Assembly: GCF_009914755.1 (NCBI RefSeq)
Contig: NC_060933.1
DNA: 64,000 bases
Reading direction: 5' to 3' (one strand)
DNA from: the human T2T-CHM13v2.0 reference genome, Homo sapiens
The translations under genes were made by a program, and so were the position numbers. Numbering within the stretch: position 1 is the first letter of the stretch; the number at the start of each line of letters is the position of its first letter. Shown here piece after piece: positions 51,336-64,000 of the stretch. The notes beneath the pieces are model-generated. The model did not search any database and was not told where the DNA came from. It worked only from the letters and a program-made list of their open reading frames with translations.

Positions 51336-53860
51336 AGATGGTTCCAAGGATGAAGGCTTCAGATCCCGATGTCTACATACATGAATGATACTCAAAAGTA
51401 AGAGCCACCTTTTTTACTGATGCTCTGTAAACTCTTTTTTCGGCGAAGTATCCGTCACATCAATCATTTATCGTTTCTTTGTGTTACAAATGATCTAATT
51501 ATGCTCATTTAGTTATTTAAAAATGTAAAATAAATTATTGTTGAGTGTAGTCACCCTACTGTGCTATCATATGCTAGATCTTACTCACTCTATCTATCTA
51601 ACTATATTTTTGTACCCATGAATCATCCCCACTGCCTCCCAACCCAACTACCTTTCCTAGACTCTGGTAACCAGTGGTCTACTCTCTTATCTCCATAAGT
51701 ACAATTGTTTTAATTTTTAGCTCCCACAAATAAGCGAGAACATGCAGCTTATCTTTCTGTCCCTGGTTTATTTCACTTAACACAAAGACCTACAGTTCCA
51801 TTCATGTTGTTGCAAAGACAGAATGTCATTCTTTTTTATGGCTTAAGAATATTACTCCACTGTGTAAATGTACCCTATTGTTTTTATCCGTTCATCTGCT
51901 GATGGACACATAGGTTGTTTCCAAATAGTAGCTATTATGTATAATGCTGTAATAAACATGTGAGTGCAGATAACTCCTTGATACACTGATTTTCTTTCTT
52001 TTGGGTGTATACCCAGCAGTGGGATTGCTAAATCATATGGTAGTTTTAACTTTAGTTTCCTGAGGAATTTTCAAACTGTTCTCTATAGTGGTTGTACTAT
52101 TTTACATTCCCACCAAGAATGTATAAGGGTTTCTTTTTCCCTACATCCTCACCAGCATTTAATATTTTCTGTCTTTGGATAAAAGCCTTTTTAACTGGGT
52201 GAGATGACACCTCATTGTAGTTTTGATTTGCATTTCTCTGTTGATTAATGATGCTGAACCTCTTTTCATACACCTGTTTGCCATTTGTATGTCTTCTTTT
52301 GAGAAACGTCTATTCAGACCTTCTGCCCATTTTTAATGGGCTTATTAGTTTTTTTCCTATTGAGTTGTTTGGGGTCTTTATATATTCTGGTTATTAATTG
52401 CTGGTCAGTTGGATAGTTGCAAATATTTTCTTCCATTCTATGGGTTGTCTCTTCACTTTGTTGATTGTTTTCTTTCCTGTGGAGGTTTTTTAATTTGATG
52501 TGATCACATTTGTCCACTTTTGCTTTCGTTGTCTGTGCTTGTAGAGTATTACCCAAGAAATCTTAGTTTCAGATATTTGGTGCTTACATACAAAAATGCT
52601 ACTGATTTTTTTACATTGATTTTGTATCCTGCAACCTTACTAAATTTTATCAGTTCTAATAGTTTTTCAGTGAAGTCTTTAGGTCTTTTCAAATACAAGG
52701 CAATATCATTTGCAACCAGAGATTAATTTGACTTCTTCCTTTTCAATTTGGTTGTTCTTTATTTCTTTTGTCAGATTGCTCTAGCTAGGACTTCCAGTAC
52801 TATGTCAAATAACAGTGACAAAAATAGGCATCCTTGTTATCTTCCAGATCTCAGAGGAAAGGCTTTCAGTCTTTTCCCATTTAGTATGAAACTAGCTGTG
52901 GGTCTGTAATATATGGTTTTTATTGTGCTGAGGTATGTTCCTTCTATACCCAGTTTTTTGAAGGTTTTTATTATGAAGGAATGTTGAATTTTATCAAATT
53001 CAAATGCCTTTTCAGCAGCAATGTAAATGATCGTATTTTTTCTTGTTACCCCTTATTCTGTTGATATGATGTACCACATTAATTGATTTGTGTATGTTGA
53101 ACCACTCTTGCATCCTTGGGATGAATCCCACTTGGTCATGATAAATGATATTTTTTAACATGTTGTTGAATTTGGTTGGCTAGTATTTTGTTAAGGATTT
53201 TTGCATCAGTGTTCACCAGGGATACTGGACTGTAGATTTCTTTTTTTCATGTGTGTTTGGTTTTGATATCAGAGTAATATTGGCTTTGTAGAGTTAGTCT
53301 GGAAATATCCCCTCCTCTCTATTTTTCAGAATAGTTTGAGTAGGATTGGTATTGGTTCTTCTTTAAATCTTTGATGAAATTCAGCAGTGAAGCAATTGGG
53401 TCCCAGGCTTTTCTTTGCTGGGAGAATTTTCATTACAGCTTCAATCTCATTACTTGTTATTGGTTTGTTCATCTTTTGAATTTCTTCATGGTTCAATCTT
53501 GGTAGCTTGTATATGTCTAAGAATGTATCAATTTTTTTCTAGGTTTTTGAATGTCTTGGCATATAGTTGCTCATTGTAGCCTCTAATGATCTTTTGAATT
53601 TCTGTGGTATTGGTTGTAATGTCTCCTTTTTCATCTCTAATTTTATTTATTTGGGTCTTCTTTCTCTTTTTTTTTTTGTTAGTCTGACTTAAGATTTGTC
53701 AATTTTATCTTTTCAAAAAAACCTTTTTATTTTATTGATCTTTTGTATTGCTCTCTTCATTTCAATTTTATTTATTTGTGCTCTGATCTTTATTATTAAT
53801 TTTTTTCTACTAATTGTGGGATTGGTTTGCTCTTACTTTTATACTACTTAAAGATGCATC

Positions 53861-54153
53861 TGCCAAAAGGGGTGGCTCATGTCTGTAATCCCAACACCTG
53901 GGGAGGCTGAGGAGGGCAGATCACAAGGTCAGGAGATCCAGACCATCCTGGCCAATATGGTGAAACACTCTTTCTACTGAAAATACAAAAATTAGCTGGG
54001 CGTGATGCCACACGCCTGTAGTCCCAGCTACTCAGGAGGCTGAGGCAGGAGAATCACTTGAACCTGGGAGGCGGAGGTTGCAGTGAGCTGAGATCATGCC
54101 ACTGCACTACAGCCTGGTGACATAGCGAGACTCCATCTCAAAAAAAAAAAAAA
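53861..54153 (+). mobile_element. AluSc-like
   Basis: gagatccagaccatcctggcc and cctggtgacatagcgag; TSD-like atgcat. Confidence 0.92.
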
Positions 54154-54189
54154 TGCATAATTAGTTTGTTCATTGAAAGTTTTTCTGCC

Positions 54190-54492
54190 TTTTTTTTTTT
54201 TTTTTTCTGAGGTGGAGTCTCGTGCTCTCACCCAGGCTGGAGTGCAGTGGTGCGATCTTGGCTCACTGCACTGCAACCTCTGCCTCCGGGTTCAAGTGAT
54301 TCCTCTGCCTCAGCCTCCCAAGTAGCTGGGACTACAGGCATGCACCACCATGCCCGGCTAATTTTTATATTTTTAGTACAGATGCAGTTTCACCATGTTG
54401 GTCAGGATTGTCTCGAACTCCTGACCTCGTGATCTGCCTGCCTCGGCCTCCCAAAGTGCTGAGATTACAGGCATGACCCATGGTGCCTGGCC
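54190..54492 (-). mobile_element. AluS (Sg-like)
   Basis: Poly(T) followed by a full reverse Alu. Confidence 0.92.
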
Positions 54493-54888
54493 TATATTTT
54501 TGATGTAGACAATTATACTATAAACTTTTCTCTGAGTATTGCTTTGACTGTACTCCATAGGTTTTGGTATGTTGTATTTCCGTTATCATTTGTTTAAAAA
54601 ATATTTTCAATTTCTTTTCTAATTTCTTCATTCACCCACCGGTCATTCTGGAGCATATTTTTTAATTTCCATGTGTTTCTATAATTTACAAATTTTCTCT
54701 TGTTATTCATTTCTAATTTTATTCCATTATGGTCAGAGAAGATACTTGATATAATTTCTTTTTTTAAATTTTTTAAGGCTTGTTTTGTGGCCTGATGTAT
54801 GGCCTACTGTTGAGAATAATCCATGTGCTGAGAAGAAGAATGTGTATTCTGCAGCCATTAGAAGAAATGTTCCGTAAATATGTTTTAG

Positions 54889-55227
<339 letters not shown>

Positions 55228-56249
55228 AAGTCTAATGTTTTTATTGATTTTCTGTCTGGCTAATTTGTCCAATGCTGAAACTGGGGTGTTGCAGTCTGCA
55301 ATTCTTATGGTTCTGGGATCTATCTCTCTCTTTAGCTCTAATAACATTTGTTTTATAAATCAGGATGCTCCAGTGTTGGGTGCATATATGTTTACAATTG
55401 TCATATCCTCTTGCTTAATCGACCCCTTTATCATTATATAATGACCTTCTTTTTCCCTTTTTTATAGTTGTTGTCCTGAAATTTATTTTGCCTTATGTAA
55501 GTATAGCTACTCCTACACTTTTTTTGGCTTCTGTTTGCATGGAATATCTTTTACTATTTTTTAATTTTTATTCTATTTATGTATGTATAGGTAAAGTGTG
55601 TTTTTTGTAGGCAATAGATCAGTAGGCCTTTTTTTTTTAATCCATTCGCCTTCTCTTTTTCTTTTGATTGGAGAGTTTAGTGCATTTACATTCAATGTTA
55701 TTATTGATAAGTAAGGACTTAATTCTGCCATTTTATCATTTGTTTTCTGGTTGTTTTGTTGTCTTATCATCCTTCTTTTCTTCCTCCCTGTCTTTTAGTG
55801 AAGGTGATTTTCTCTGATGGTATGTTTTAATTTCTTCCTTTTTATTTTTTGTGGATCTGTTGTATTTTTTTATTTGAAATTACCATAAGGCTAGCAAATA
55901 ATATCTTAAAACCCATTATTTTAAACTGATGACAACTTAATATTGATTGAATAAACAAACTAACAAGCAAAGAGACAATTAATAAAAACGCTACACTTTA
56001 ACTTTGTCCCCCCACTTTTGAACTTTTTGCTGTTTCTTTTTGTGCCTTACTGTATTGTCTATGTCTTGAAATGTTGTTTTAGTTATTAATTTTGATCAAT
56101 TCATCTGTTAGTGTTTCTACACAAGATATGAGTAGTTTACACAACACAATTACAGTGTTACACATTTTGTGTTTTTCTGTGTATCTATTATTACCAGCAA
56201 GTACTGTACCTTCAGATGATTTTTTGCTGTTCATTAATAGCTTTTTCTA

Positions 56250-56552
<303 letters not shown>

Positions 56553-58097
56553 GGAAGCTTTTTCTTTTCGCCTGGAGAATTCCCTTTAGTATTTCTTGTA
56601 GGTCAGGTCTGGTGTTGATAAAATCCCTCAGCTTTTGTTTGTCTCAGAAAGCCTTTATTTTTCCTTCATGTTTGAAGCTATTTTCACTGGATGATATTCT
56701 GGAATACAAGTGTGGTGCTTTTTTTCCCCACCTTTAGCACTTCAAATATGTCATGCCACTCTCTCCTGGCCTATAAGATTTCCACTGAAAAATCTGCTGC
56801 CAGATATATTGCAGTTTCATTGTATGTTATTTGTTTCTTTTCTCTTGCTGCTTATAGAATCTTTTCTTTATCTTTGATCTTTGGGAGTGTGATTATTAAA
56901 TGTCTTGAGGTAGTCTTATTTGGGTTAAATATGCTTGGTGTTCTATAGCCCTCTTGTATTTGAATATTGATATTGTTCTCTAGGTCTGGGAAGCTTTCTG
57001 TTATTACTCCTTTGAATAAACTTTCTACCCCTATCTCTCTCTCTGTACTGCCTCGTTAAGGCCAATAACTCTTAGATTTGTCCTTTCAAGGTTATTTTCT
57101 AAATATTGTAGGCATGCTTCATTCTTTTTTATTCTTGTTTCTTTTGTCTTCTCTGACTTTATATTTTCAAGTAGCCTGTCATTAAGCTCACAGATTCTCT
57201 CTTCTGCTTGATCCATTCTGCTGTAAAAGACTCTGATGCATTCTCTAATATGTGAATTTCATTTTCCAGCTGCAGAATTTCTGTTTGATTCTTTTCAGTT
57301 ATTTCAATCTCTTTGCTAAATTTGCCTGATAGTATTCTGAATACTTTTTCTGTATTATCTTGAATTTCATTGAGTTTCCTCAACAAACTATTTTGAATTC
57401 TCTGTCTGAAAGGTTAATTATCTCTATCTCTTCATGATTGGTCCCTGGTGTTGTATTTAATTTGTTTGGTGAGGTCATGTTTTTCTGGATAGTCTTCATG
57501 CTTGTGGGTATTAGTAGGTGTCTGAGCATTAAAGAGTTAGGTATTTATCGTAGTCTTTACAGTCTAGGTTTGCTTGTACTTGTTCTCTCTGGGAAGGTTT
57601 TCCAGGTATTCTAAGGGATTTGGGTATTGTAATCTAAGCTTTTGGTCACTGCAGCTATGTCTGTGTTAGGGGGGCACCCCAAGCCCAGTAACTCTGTGGC
57701 TCTTACAAACTTATAGAGATACCGCCTTGGTGGTCTTGGTAAAGGTCCAGAGGAATTCCCTGGATTACCAGGTGGAAACTCTTGTTCTCTTCTTGTACTT
57801 TCTCTCAAACAAATGGAGTCTGTGTCTCTGTGCTGGGCTGTGTGAAGCTGGGGGAAGGGGGATACAAGTGCCCCTGTGGCCACCACCACTGGAACTGTCC
57901 TGGATCAGACCCGAAGCCAGCAGAGCACTGTGTCTCAACCATGGCCTATGGTAAACACTTTCTGGCTACTGTGTGTATTAGCTCAAGGCCCTAGGGCTCT
58001 ACCATCAGCCTGTGACAAAGCCAGCCAGGCTGTGTCCTTCCTTTCAGAGCAGCAAGTTTCCCCCACCTCTAGGCTGGTTCACAGATGCCATCTGGGA

Positions 58098-58305
58098 GCC
58101 ACGACCTACAGTCAGAAGCATTAGGAATCTACCTGGTATTCTATTGTGGTAGAGTTGGCACCCAGCCCACAAGACAAAGTCTTTCCCACTCTTCCCTCCC
58201 CGCCACGACCTACAGTCAGAAGCATTAGGAATCTACCTGGTACTCTATTGTGGTAGAGTTGGCACCCAGCCCACAAGACAAAGTCTTTCCCACTCTTCCC
58301 TCCCC
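58098..58305 (+). repeat. 104-bp tandem duplication (2 copies, 1 mismatch)
   Basis: 58098-58201 equals 58202-58305 except T58139/C58243. Confidence 0.97.
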
Positions 58306-59967
58306 TTTCTACAAGCAGAGGAGTTGCTCCCAGTGGCAACCGCCATCCCAGGCCCGTGGCAAGTACTGCCTGGCCACTGCTGATGTTCACTCAAGTTCCA
58401 GGGGCTCTTCAGCCAGCTTGTGGTGAATGCTGGCATGCATGGGACTCTGCCTTCAGGGAAGTGGGCTGTCCTCTGACCCAGAGCACATCCAGAAAGGCCA
58501 TCCACGAGCCAAGTCCTGGAATCAGGAACCCCAAGAGCCATTTTAGTGCTCTACCCCTCCGTGGCCAATTTGGTACCAAAGTGTGGGACTAAGTTATCTT
58601 TTTTTTTTTTTTTTTTTTTCCTAAAGCAGAAGGAGGCTTTCCTTGTAGTCACCACAGCTAGGAAATACGCTGGGTCACACCTGAAGCCAGCACATCTCTG
58701 AGTCTTACTTGAGGCCCACAGTGAGTACTGTCTGGCTACTGCAGCTGATTATTCAGGGTCCAAGAGCTCTTTAGTAAGCAGGTGATAAATTTTGCTAGGA
58801 CTGAGTTTTTCCCTTCAAGCAGTGGGTGCCTTTCTGGCCCAGGGTGTGTCTAAAAATTTCTAGGAGCTATGGCCTGGAATGGGGACCTCAGGACTCTGCC
58901 TGGTGCTGTATCAAACTGTGGCTGAACTGGTATCCAAGTTCCAAGACAAAGTCCTTTTTACTCATCCCTCTCTTCTCCTCAAGTGGAAGGCAGGGGCTTC
59001 CCCCAGAGCTGTGAGCTGAGTTGCCTGGGGTTAGGAGAGGACTGGAGCAAGCCCTCCCTTGGCTGCCCCAGCTAGTGTCTCACTAGGTTGCATCCCACCC
59101 ACTGACCAAAACCACGGGCTCCAAGCCAAGAACAGCACCAGGACTTGCCCAGGAATTTTAGTTGTTGTGGCTTAGACTGCCTTTCAAGCTTATTTAGGAC
59201 CCCATACCCCTTTAGCTCATGATAGAAAGGCTTGCTGGAACTCAGGTTCTGATTTCTGGAGCGCTTGATTCCTTTCTCACTAGGCCTGGTCTAAATGCTC
59301 CCTCTGTGGGTGCTGGTGCTGGCTGAGTTCTGCCTGGTATTGCTTTCTGCTGTGACAGGGCAACAATGGGTTCCAGTGCAAAGTCCCACAATCACTGCAC
59401 TCTCCCTTTCCTAAGCACATAGGTTCCCTTTCCATGCCACATGGCCGCTGCCAGGGTATGGGTGAGGGGTGGTGACAGCAATTCAAGACTGTCTTTCCTA
59501 CCCTCTTCAGTGCCTCTTTCAGTGATATCAAGTTAAAACCAGGTACTGTGATCGCTCAACTGATTTTTGTTCTTATGAAAGTGTTTTTTGTGTGTGCAGA
59601 GTTGTTTAGTTTGGTGTTCCTATGGGGAAGATGATTGGTGGAGCTTCTATTTGGCCATTTTGCTCTGCCTTCTCCCTATAAACTCATACATGGGAATGGC
59701 AGTAGTTATGTACTCAAGAGCTCAAGGTCCTTCCTTTTCACTGATAAAACGAAGTAAGCTCGTGGTTGTGATATGTGAAATTCTAAATCAAGGCAGTACT
59801 CCTTCACTTTCTCCATCCTGCGTACACCTTGGCTTCTAATTAGCCTAGCAGATCTAGAGCTCCCTTTACTCAGACCCTGAAAGTGAAACAGTGTAATGTG
59901 AACTTTGGTGTTAGACTGGGGTTCAAATAATGCCTTGGCCATGTCCTAACTGTGATATTTTCAAGTT

Positions 59968-60284
59968 TTTTCTTTTCTTTCTTTCTTTTTTTTTTTTTTT
60001 TTTTTGAGACAGGGTCTCACTCTGTGGCCCAGGCTGGAGTAGAGTGGCATGATCTCAGCTCACTGCCACCTCTGCATCCTGGGCTTGGGTGATCCTTCCA
60101 CCTCAGCCTCCAGAGTAGCTAGGACTACAGGCGCACACCACCACACCCAGCTAATTTTTCTATTTTTAGAGAAAGAGTTTCTGCATGTTGCCTGGGCTGG
60201 TCTCAAACTCGTGAACTCAAGGGATCTGCTCGTCTTGGCCTCCCAAAGTGCTGAGATTACAGGCATTATCCACCATGCCCAACC
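59968..60284 (-). mobile_element. AluJ inserted in a MIR (MIR about 59885-60430)
   Basis: Full reverse Alu with J-type ctgggcttgggtgatcc; TSD-like caagttttt on both sides. Confidence 0.9.
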
Positions 60285-61089
60285 TTTGCAAGTTTTTCCT
60301 ATTTTCTGATCTTATTATTTTTTTCCTTTATAAAGGTAGTGACATCTACCCACAGGGTGGCTATGAGGTTAAATAAGAGAGAAAGCTTTTAGCCCAGTGC
60401 CTGGAGTTCTCAAGATATAGGAGCTATTACTATAATTATTAAGTTCATTATCCCCATCAGTCCCAGGAATCTATTTCCAGCCACATTTCACCCAAATGTG
60501 AGATCCTTTCCCAGGAGTCTGTGTGTTCTGCATGGCTGAGAAGGCACCAGGCTATTCTCTGCTCCCTTAGAAAAGGCATTTTCACCATCAAATGGCTCTA
60601 CTGAATCAACCTAACATTTTCCCCTCCCCTGCCCCCTCCGTGCTAACTACATTTTGGCACTTCTTCAAGGGGCTTTCTGTAATGAGCAGGTTCCCAGAGA
60701 AAGCTGTTTCCTGAAAGGCTTATAGCATTTAAAAGAAAACAAGTTTAGGGTCTCAGCATTCTTGCTTTTGAAGAAAGAAAGAAAGAAGCTTAATCTGTAG
60801 GCCTGGCAGCTGTAGCAGGAGCCTCAGGCTTTCCTGATCACAAACCTAAAGAACCACCATCTCATCATGCATGCTATTTCTCAGCTCCTTTGCAACTTCA
60901 TTCTGGCTTGCCGATTTGCCTGGGGAGGGTTTGGTGGGAAACCCAACCTCTCCCCTAATTCTTTGTTCTTCAAATTAGAGCTGGGTACTGTTGCCATCCC
61001 AATCAACACAAATAAACCCTTTTCTTACAGTAGCATGAAATATAGTGGCATGAGTGTGGGCGTTGTTTCTCTGACAGGTTTAGAGACTT

Positions 61090-61330
61090 GTGGTGTAGTG
61101 AGGGGATGTACATATATGGGGGCTAAACAGACTTGGGTGCTGGTCTCCCACACCACAACACAGCTGCGGCACTTTGAACAAATTATTTATTCTCTCTTAG
61201 CTCCATTGTCTTTCTTAGTTCAACTGAAATCACTGTGTCTACTCTGATTGTGCTATGAATACTACATATGGCAATGAACATTAAGTGCCTAGCATAGTGC
61301 CTTGAATAGTCTATGTACTTAATTAATTTT
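61090..61330 (+). mobile_element. MIR SINE
   Basis: tggtgtagtg...cagacttgggt...ttgaacaaattattt...aagtgcctagcatagtgcct. Confidence 0.65.
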
Positions 61331-64000
61331 AATCCATTTATGAGCTATATATTCATTCATTTGATGAAATGTCTCCTGAGCTCTTTGAATGTCACACAGT
61401 GTTAGGCATTGAAAATAAAGAAAGTAAGCAAGTTGGACATGGTGTCACTGCTTTCATGGTGGGTACAGTCAGTGAATCTATGTTTTATACATTGGGTAAG
61501 GAGAGTTGAAGATAAATGACCAGAATGACATAGTTAGTCATAAAACTGTTAAAGTTGTATGGGACCTCGGGGACTAAATAATCTCTGTGCAAATTAGAAT
61601 ACATTGTATAGCAAAGGGGAATAGTGATATATTTAAAATCACATGGAAAGCCACCGAGAAAACTGGAGCTTAACTCATAATTAAGTACTTTTCTGCATTC
61701 TCTGCTCTCAGGAAGGTTATAGTTTCACTGACAGATGAAATAATTTGTGAAGAGAATGCATCAGTATGTATTATTTTGCAAAACAAAACAAAAAAACCCC
61801 AAAACCAAAAACAAAATAACCTAGAAGGATCTCTACTTTTAGGGAGTTATTGAAGGGCAATTTGTATAAAAAGGGAGACCTAGATCTAGGCCTTGATGGA
61901 TGATGAGTTGGGATTGAACATTCTGGGCAGAGAGAAATGCATGAAAAACACTGCCATTTGGGGAATTCTTCCTAAGATGCTAGAATTTTTTTAAAATACA
62001 GTTTTAGTGCCACAGGTATTTTCTCTTAGAAGAAGCTCTGCTTAACATAGATATTTGTCTCAATGGGTAATAAATTACAAAGAAATGGCACTACATGCAT
62101 AGATCTGTCTTTCCATGGCTTTCTGGATTATGAAAACATTACCCCACAGGAAGATTATATTACATCTCTGATCTTTTTCTGAGGGGTATTGTAGATTGAG
62201 TTTGCTCCAGCCCCAACATGAATATCTCATTTAAGAGCCATTAAAATTGTTTTCTATCTCTAAAATCTGTAAATTTCAAGTCAGTCACACCTTTTTTTCC
62301 AATGGGACCTCACACAGACTTTTCACGAGAAGCCTTTTCATGCTTTCAGAAATCATCATTTGCCAGAAAGAATATTAGCTACTCAGCCTAAATCTACAAA
62401 GGGAGGCAAAAGTCAATATTCAGTATGATTCATAGGTATCAGCCTCATAAGAAAAATTCATAAATATTAGGAAGGTTAACTTAGATATGACACATGTTGA
62501 TTCTTATTAAGTTTCCCACTGACCCTAGGACTTTCTTGGGGCAAGGAATTCTGTCAAGTGTAATGATATCCAAATAGATTTGTAGGATGGCTTTTTCCTT
62601 ACAAACTGGAGTCCAAATTATTTTGAATATAGTAAAAGCAACTGTAATTTTTTCCCTGCTTGCCAAATGGGGACCATTGCCTCTCTTTTGGAAAGCTCTG
62701 TGTCCAGGTGGACTGAGCCAAGATGTTTTGGGCATCTGTAATGTTTTGCAGGGTTGGTTTGTAAGAGCAACTCAACAGCCTCAGTTGATTCTACCAACTG
62801 CTCGCCACCAAATGGTGAAAGTGGTGTGTTGGAACTGACCTAGGTTGGAGCCCTCACAGCTTTCTATTCAGATGGAAAAATAACTTTTGACAGGTTGTTG
62901 AGCTGGGTGAGACTGGCTGGGAGGCCACTTCTTATGATTGGGTGGGTATAGATTTTCTATAGCCCAGAGTTAAGAAAACAGTTTGCATAGCTTACAAAAT
63001 TTCTTCTCCCTTCCTGCCAAAGAAACAATCCAGGGAAGTAATTCATCTAGGTACAGCGGACGTGAGATTGTGTGTTGGCTTTGTCTTTTTATCAGCTTAG
63101 CTCTTAGAAAACTTACTTGATCTGTTGGCTGCCTCACCTATAAACAGAGGCACTGATATCTAATTTGTAGGTTTGTTGTAATGCTCAAATGAGAGGTAAC
63201 ACATAAAACACTTGGCAAACAAAAAAAAAATCTTAATAATAGTAGTAATTTTTTTAAAAATCAAATTTTAAAAGAATTTCAGGGGAATTTAATGGAAGAG
63301 GTTCCTAAGGAGTGAACACACTGAAATTCAGAAAGAAGCCCATTAGAATGAAACAACAGATTTCTGGATCTTATCCCAGCTTTTCTATGCCTGTTTCATT
63401 TTGTCAGGGAACCTGGAAGTGACCAACAGAAAGCACTCACACTTAAACAAGTCTGCATGTGACGAAAGTCTAAAGCAGAACAGCACTTGATGCATTTATA
63501 CCTAGAGAGAACCATGATTACCCCATGGGCTTCAGTATGCCTGATTATCTAATTCTTTGCTCTCTACAAAGAAATGTCAACAAGGAGAGTTAAATCTCTA
63601 CTAGGGAGAGAGTTATTAGAAAATATAGAGTGAAAAATGAGTCAACTAAGGACTTTATTGGCTAGTGTGAAAAACCATGAATTCCTGGTTGGCCTTTTCC
63701 ATGGTAGGAATAAAATTCTAAAAAATCCCCAAAACCCCAAACAAACAAACAAACAAACAAAAACATGGTATGTTCATGCCAATGAGACAATGTCTATCCT
63801 GAAACACTTTCTCTCCCTCCCTTCCTTTCTCCCCGTTTAAGTATACTGAATGAGCAGAATAGGTGGGGGTGGGGGGATCAGAAAAAGGCTATTTTTCATT
63901 AAAGCTGCTCCTATGGACCCCATGTCAAATCCTCCATTCCTGCCCCCTCAGATGAAAATCTTTGGCAGCCCAACAGCAGATCTGCTCACTCTTAGAGAAA

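Noticed and set aside
60922-60955. Hairpin ggggagggtttggt...acccaacctctcccc as a pre-miRNA
   Set aside because: Stem of about 14 bp is too short and matches no miRNA I recognise.

Overview
This is primate (most likely human) nuclear DNA: AT-rich, CpG-depleted, with no CpG island. I recognise no protein-coding exon or RNA gene, so it is intergenic or deep intronic. Every ORF in the track is either a repeat remnant (L1 ORF1/ORF2, Alu, LTR), low-complexity sequence, or a short ORF with no recognisable similarity. The window is dominated by interspersed repeats: 12 Alu or Alu-derived elements, a near full-length minus-strand L1MA3-like LINE (about 51.4-59.7 kb) carrying four nested Alus, L1MA9/L1MB/L1MC fragments, many L2 and MIR relics, MaLR, ERVL and ERVK solo LTRs, hAT MITEs (MER20, MER58, MER102, MER94) and several microsatellites. 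Repeat families were assigned by eye from remembered consensus sequences and need RepeatMasker/Dfam confirmation. I found no new gene-encoded system. The most unusual signal that repeat annotation does not explain is a set of five diverged, short (80-230 bp), non-tandem local duplications whose partners lie 1-2.5 kb away. One is a two-donor mosaic (A..AB..B), and two interrupt older transposons. They look like fossil templated double-strand-break repair patches. Also notable are a young 104-bp tandem duplication, an inverted Alu pair only about 36 bp apart, a twin-primed L1 inversion and two RFX X-box motifs.
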